A DNA stretch of 64,000 nucleotides from a virus: IMG/VR virus record IMGVR_UViG_3300046168_000072, positions 1 through 64,000 of that record. The stretch is one strand, 5' to 3'. The first letter of the stretch is position 1. Every line of letters starts with the position of its first letter. This document shows, piece by piece, positions 60,164 to 64,000 of the stretch. A program made the position numbers and the translations under genes. Below the pieces are notes generated by a model. That model did not search any database. It had not been told where the DNA came from and was given only the letters and a program-made list of their open reading frames with translations.

Positions 60164-63100
60164 GCCTGCAGAACCTCCGCCAAGATAAATTGCTCTGTTA
60201 GCATCTATAAATTCTTTTAATGTTGGCTTGTTGGTTATTGCAGATGGAATTTTAGAAAAGTCTATACTTGTACTTGAATTGTCAACCTCGACATATGAAT
60301 CCCAGGTTCCATTGGCATTGTTTTCAAAATTAATGCTATATCTTTCTGATCCACCTATGTTCATTTCATATTGGATAAGTTCACTCGGTGTTGACCTTCC
60401 AAAAAAACCTTCAAAAGTAAAAAATCTTGTTTGGATTTTGGATAAATTAGTACCTCTTAATATTGGAACATTAATTTTGTCAGGAATAATTTCGGAAAAG
60501 TTACTTTTTGCGATTACGTCAGCATCAGATCCTATTCCACCGACGGATCCTCCTCCGCCTCCACCAGCAGACTTTGATACAGACAAAAAGCTAAAATTAT
60601 CATCTATTGCCCATGATAGACTGGTATTGTTAGAGTATACTCTGCATCTCAAATAAAGAAAATCACCTTGATCCAAAGATAAATTATCAAGATATAAATG
60701 ATTATTTAATGTTGTTCCATTGCCTGTATCTTTTGCTTCTCTAGTTTCTTGTATTAATACATTTGTACCATCGGCCTTAATGAGTTGCAGAACTGTATGA
60801 AGAAAGCTTACATTATCCCTCCAGAGATTATTGCCTGCTGTTACTGGACGTATATTAAATGATACATCATACAAACCATCCTCTGGCACTAATATTCCGA
60901 CTGTGTTTTGAGTGGTATCTGTGTGTATCCAATTTTTAGAATCAGTTGCTAATTGGTTAATGTCTAAATCGACATCTGCTTCGGGATGCGCAATGCTTGA
61001 GCTTGATGAAACTTGAGCCCTACAAAATTCATAATTAGAAGAATCACCGCCGACTCCTCCTCCGACTGACCCTTCAGTAGTCACATAATAATCAAATTCT
61101 ACTCCATTAAAATTCAGATGAGTATCATTAGCATTACTTCCATTTGCAACTTTAAATCCATTCTGAACTATGATTGAGGAGGTGTCAAATGTTCTAAAAG
61201 TGTCATGCGATCCATCAATAGCTCTCCATGAATAAAATGTATCAGGCTTATCTTTTAACATTATCGCATGAGCCTTGTGGTCGTTTCTTCCAAATATTTC
61301 CACGCGAACTGGAGTAAATCCAAGATCTATGGTTTGTTCCCCGTTATTGGCAACACTATTTCCTGTATATGTTCCTTTTTGAATTATGGCCTCTCCTCCG
61401 CCTCCTCCGCCACCATAATAAATCGCACGATTATTTTCAATAAACCATTTTAATGAATTTGTGGCGCTTGGTACATCTTGAAAGTTTGTATGGCTACTGT
61501 ACAATTGTGAGTAATCACCATTTGAGTTGTTGTTGAATGCAAATCCTAAAAATACACCTCCTTGATTTATATCTCTACATTCATAAAATATATCATTGTC
61601 AACACCATTTGTTGAATGCGGTTCATGTACAAATTTTAAATGCAATATTGCTTCTGATCTGTCAGCTGCTTCTGTGCTTATTGGAGAATGAGGCCATACA
61701 ATTGCATCAGGTAAATCCGTGTAAAAATTAGATTTATCTTGAATAACTCGCAAAGAACTTGCACTTCCACCACTTAAAGATCCGCCACTTAAAGATCCGC
61801 CTCCACCAAAATATAATGCTCGACCATTATTTATAATATCCTGCAGGTTACTGTCGTCTGGGTGCAATATATGATTTGTATTTGTAAGAGTATTCTGTAA
61901 ACTTCCAGACACATCATCAATAAAGCTAAAAATTTTACTGGATCCATCTGAATTCTGCTGTCCATTATGATACTGGATTATGTGTGGGTCTTGGGTTGTA
62001 ATAACAGCTTTTAAATCGTAAACTCTTGGATTATCGTTTTCAACAATAATGGCGTCAGGTACTTTTTCAGTAAAAGTCTCTATAAAGCTTTTGATGTATG
62101 AGTTATTTTCAGCAGCCCCGACATCACTACTTCCGCCGCCTCCTCCGCCTCCAGCAGGCATATCAACCCACTCTAATCCATCAGCAGTTGATTGTAAAAT
62201 TTTACCATCATCGTAAACATTTGGAGTATCAGATAAGCCAGTAAAAGTTAAAGAGCTACCATTAACTGGATAAATCTTTTCCCAGTTTCCAGCATGCGCC
62301 ATATAAGCAGCGCCCTCACTATGAACATGTGCAAACATGCCATGATGCTCGGAGGCAGAAGGAAGGTCGGAAATCGTTGAATAAGCAAGCCAATCTATTT
62401 CTTGAGAAGATATTTGCCCGCTTAAAGAACTATACTGAACTGCATCTTCACTATTATTAACTTGCAAAAATTTACCAGAACCGCCGACATAAGAAGTAGG
62501 TGTGTCAAATAAACCAGTGATTGATAATATGTCTCTGTCTCCACCTAAATCTAAAACAGTAACATCTGTTTGAGCGTATTCAAAAGTAGTAGCAGATTGT
62601 GATTCTCCAACATAACTTACAACTTTAAAAGTCATTTGGTTTTGACTTTGTACTGCAGTTTTAACAGAGCCTCTAGCTCCTCCCTGATCGTTTCCAACGA
62701 TTGAACCAGCATAATTTGATCTAGACTCAAAGCGCTGTCCTACATAATCGCCAGCAGTAAACTCAATGCCAATTCTTGTTTGTTTTGATCTAAAAACACC
62801 GCCTTCTGCATTTATTAAATACTTTCCAGCTGGCAGCGTAATTTCATTGTTGCTCAAACTTAAATTTTTAATTCCTGAATGACCTTGCAATTGCGTAATT
62901 TGACGATCATTCCATCCTTGTTGTGGTTGAGCGGTTTCGAGACCAATCAAAACTGTTGCGCCGCCAAACCCAACGAAAGAACCTGTTCCAAAAAGAGGGT
63001 TTACAAATTCAAGGCTATTTTCGGCAGCATTTACTTGCAAATATTTTCCAGAATGACCAACAAAAGAAGATGGCGTATCAGTTAAACCAGTAAAATCAAC

Positions 63101-64000
63101 AATTGGATCAGGCAAATTAGCGTATTCTATCCCGCTTTCATCGTCTGAGACTTTCATAAACTTACCAGAAGCACCTGCATAAGAAGTGGGAGTGTCAACT
63201 AACCCACTAAATGAAAAATTAGGCACAGTTGGAAAAATTTGCACCCAATCGTTTCCATGAGCTATATAAGCGGAACCAGAATTACCTCCTAGCTCGTCTA
63301 TAGATACATAAGCAAACATTCCTGGATGATTGCTAGCATTAGGCAAATCGCCCCTTCTTAAATAACTATTCCAAGATATTTCTTGCGAAGAAATTTCTCC
63401 GCTAATATCAATAAATTCAACACCATCTTCAGTGTTATTAATTCTTAAATATTTACCAGAAGAATTAACATAACTTGTAGGGGTATCATTTAAGCCTGTA
63501 AAATCAACAGAAGGAGAAGGAATATCAACATACTCAACAGCATTCGCGGCATTATTAATTTTTAAAAATTTATCTGCAGCAAAAGAACTTGGAGTGTCGG
63601 AAAGACCAGTAAAAGAAACAAGTCCATTATTGATATCTGCATATTCAATTCCAACATGAGTAGAGCGCAAAAACTTGTTTGATTCATATCCGCTTGGGGT
63701 ATCTTTTAATCCAGTAAAGTATTCTGAGCCAGTAAAATTATAAGTGACATCTCCACCTCCAGGAGCAACAGGATTCCAGGCCAAGGTATTTTGATCGGTG
63801 AGTTGTAAATAACCACTCGTAATCGGAGTACTGGGTCTGTCATCAACGTCTTCCAAAAACTTGACGCCTGTAAATTCTAGGCCATCTCCAGCTTGATTAC
63901 CTCTGACAAATTTGACTGAAGTAATATTAGAAGGTGTGTCCGTCAAGCCAGTAAAATCAAAAACTGGATCGTCAATAGGGACAAATTCAAGCCCAGTTTC
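56882..64000 (-). CDS. Giant tail-fibre-like protein (over 2350 aa, 5' end outside the window) with C-terminal LamG/ConA-like domains
   Basis: Frame open to the window edge; many FTGLxDTP repeats; two FTIECW..WxHxA..LYVDG..QDxRISK LamG-like domains. Confidence 0.85.
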   Translation of the reverse strand, partial: ETGLEFVPIDDPVFDFTGLTDTPSNITSVKFVRGNQAGDGLEFTGVKFLEDVDDRPSTPITSGYLQLTDQNTLAWNPVAPGGGDVTYNFTGSEYFTGLKDTPSGYESNKFLRSTHVGIEYADINNGLVSFTGLSDTPSSFAADKFLKINNAANAVEYVDIPSPSVDFTGLNDTPTSYVNSSGKYLRINNTEDGVEFIDISGEISSQEISWNSYLRRGDLPNASNHPGMFAYVSIDELGGNSGSAYIAHGNDWVQIFPTVPNFSFSGLVDTPTSYAGASGKFMKVSDDESGIEYANLPDPIVDFTGLTDTPSSFVGHSGKYLQVNAAENSLEFVNPLFGTGSFVGFGGATVLIGLETAQPQQGWNDRQITQLQGHSGIKNLSLSNNEITLPAGKYLINAEGGVFRSKQTRIGIEFTAGDYVGQRFESRSNYAGSIVGNDQGGARGSVKTAVQSQNQMTFKVVSYVGESQSATTFEYAQTDVTVLDLGGDRDILSITGLFDTPTSYVGGSGKFLQVNNSEDAVQYSSLSGQISSQEIDWLAYSTISDLPSASEHHGMFAHVHSEGAAYMAHAGNWEKIYPVNGSSLTFTGLSDTPNVYDDGKILQSTADGLEWVDMPAGGGGGGGSSDVGAAENNSYIKSFIETFTEKVPDAIIVENDNPRVYDLKAVITTQDPHIIQYHNGQQNSDGSSKIFSFIDDVSGSLQNTLTNTNHILHPDDSNLQDIINNGRALYFGGGGSLSGGSLSGGSASSLRVIQDKSNFYTDLPDAIVWPHSPISTEAADRSEAILHLKFVHEPHSTNGVDNDIFYECRDINQGGVFLGFAFNNNSNGDYSQLYSSHTNFQDVPSATNSLKWFIENNRAIYYGGGGGGGEAIIQKGTYTGNSVANNGEQTIDLGFTPVRVEIFGRNDHKAHAIMLKDKPDTFYSWRAIDGSHDTFRTFDTSSIIVQNGFKVANGSNANDTHLNFNGVEFDYYVTTEGSVGGGVGGDSSNYEFCRAQVSSSSSIAHPEADVDLDINQLATDSKNWIHTDTTQNTVGILVPEDGLYDVSFNIRPVTAGNNLWRDNVSFLHTVLQLIKADGTNVLIQETREAKDTGNGTTLNNHLYLDNLSLDQGDFLYLRCRVYSNNTSLSWAIDDNFSFLSVSKSAGGGGGGSVGGIGSDADVIAKSNFSEIIPDKINVPILRGTNLSKIQTRFFTFEGFFGRSTPSELIQYEMNIGGSERYSINFENNANGTWDSYVEVDNSSTSIDFSKIPSAITNKPTLKEFIDANRAIYLGGGSAGGGGSSTFAGLTDTPSTLTEGSGQYLKVSDDGQTIEYVDLPAGGGSGGIGKNLQIIETSNFAGTLPDMIVVKNGLGSPVVGRFYEFSGPQSTDLIKYTFHEYDGHSRMAYFKNDSTGSNAIFNGQFTSENASYYNNATSLQEVIDNGHAIYFGGDGSSSGGSSPISAVNQIQDNIDNIPLIGSGVQIPDAILIKDINATTTNGNDHLIQLDFAAWVTSYNSNGDVTSQQFSYETNNLISKRWYIRFDSVDGSHLSISADQHVRKEFDSIQEYISSGRALYFGAGGGSSTFAGLTDTPSALTEGSGQYLKVSDDGQTIEYVDLPAGGGDGSSPSTGSSLNNNDYIKDFSNFSGELPDSIIIRGAASTLDQVLAGRFYYINGTSSTDQIFYDFLNWRVGFNNDASGTNGSFYNRDSNTLLAGNSTWEFFDGASSLQDIIDNGDAIYYGGSSSSSDGADSVDDITDLPDNPVDGQLVTVGCDLYIGCNGEWVKVGADTVAPPSEAPACVSNLEEYNQYTEYKDQFLADNASTSFSAGLNNQTNIHDFVHDVCLFADSNLNQERNTVVIDETTFKWGMFAGDQNINIRAQAFSGPNIGSCTFKEWRSDLPNFPKTNAQETVFIDRDASITGYFECTLAPDQPNCNQVALHLQPAAGETIADKSDNQHAVTTVGDTVVDNTATLFGGGTMNFDGNGDALSVGDNTTFKWINNYSSPFTIECWVFVDAITTDWLGRRFIPLLSTSAATSSSHGFKLGVNAQGFIFIIYNGSGQNVGVGHIVNDADILNKWVHLAATWDGKTMCLYVDGSQKDTSTPAAVPVNNENSNNMLKIGHQTHSAPANTIPHFDGKMQDIRISKKAVYTGNFTPPANLLANPCGFPGDQPTCSEVDFHLQASSGGTVEDKSDNNRTITNPNNVSNQSFIDNSETLFGESTLFFSTSRLLHFYPANFGSNDFTVEFWIKYDSPITTSTKDIIVTKGRDPTSTIELSITLNQDKLRLLNNLVLESTNTGMASVLNNWTHIAAVRSGNSIYLYVNGQREIDVAINGSVYASPYELEIGNKSSSGGWTNNLKHMQDFRISKKAVYTSNFVPAAALLDNPC

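Larger units (their letters stand above)
1..64000. mobile_element. Segment of a large tailed dsDNA bacteriophage genome
   Basis: Dense, single-strand-biased small ORFs; phage-type replication module (divergent DnaE, primase, DnaB, RecA); HNH nucleases; fibre-like proteins; no ribosomal or core cellular operons. Confidence 0.93.

Noticed and set aside
3988-63085. Many short ORFs nested in or antisense to longer genes (e.g. 3988..4179, 46962..47417, 60228..60656, 43148..43453)
   Set aside because: They overlap well-supported genes, have no recognisable motifs and lack either promoter signature.
1-64000. Stop-codon reassignment
   Set aside because: Conserved genes are full length under the standard code, and TAA, TAG and TGA all end genes at sensible positions.

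Overview
An AT-rich, densely coding 64-kb segment of a large dsDNA tailed bacteriophage using the standard genetic code. Nearly all genes are on the minus strand. The host is probably in the PVC group (Verrucomicrobia/Planctomycetes/Lentisphaerae), inferred from a Tat-signal DUF1501 gene, a PVC-type ECF sigma factor and a beta-barrel outer-membrane protein. Layout: 1-13 kb is an array of small, mostly acidic unknown ORFs, many with their own sigma70 promoter. 12-35 kb holds accessory, repair and metabolic genes: macro domain, UvsE, RuvB-like, two HNH nucleases beside a tRNA-Thr remnant, two sigma factors, CysQ, PPase, cytidylyltransferase, dUTPase and nucleases. 35-50 kb holds ClpC and a replication module with a split DnaE, DnaQ, GuaC, primase, DnaB and RecA. 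50-54 kb holds an APS kinase fusion, DUF1501 and tmRNA. 54-64 kb encodes modular fibre-like proteins, the largest running off the window. Most notable: (1) a coupled operon of AdoMet decarboxylase, an aminoacyl-tRNA-dependent transferase, a DUF1415-like protein, a QueF homologue lacking its catalytic Cys, and two DUF2452-like genes; (2) a candidate -1 frameshift at an A9 run that adds a Thr-rich tandem-repeat tail; (3) two promoter classes (TTGACA/-10 and a GTGTA motif), both placed to give leaderless or near-leaderless mRNAs; (4) an unrecognised ~100-aa module repeated nine times across two fibre genes. All family calls come from motifs recognised by eye, not from database searches.
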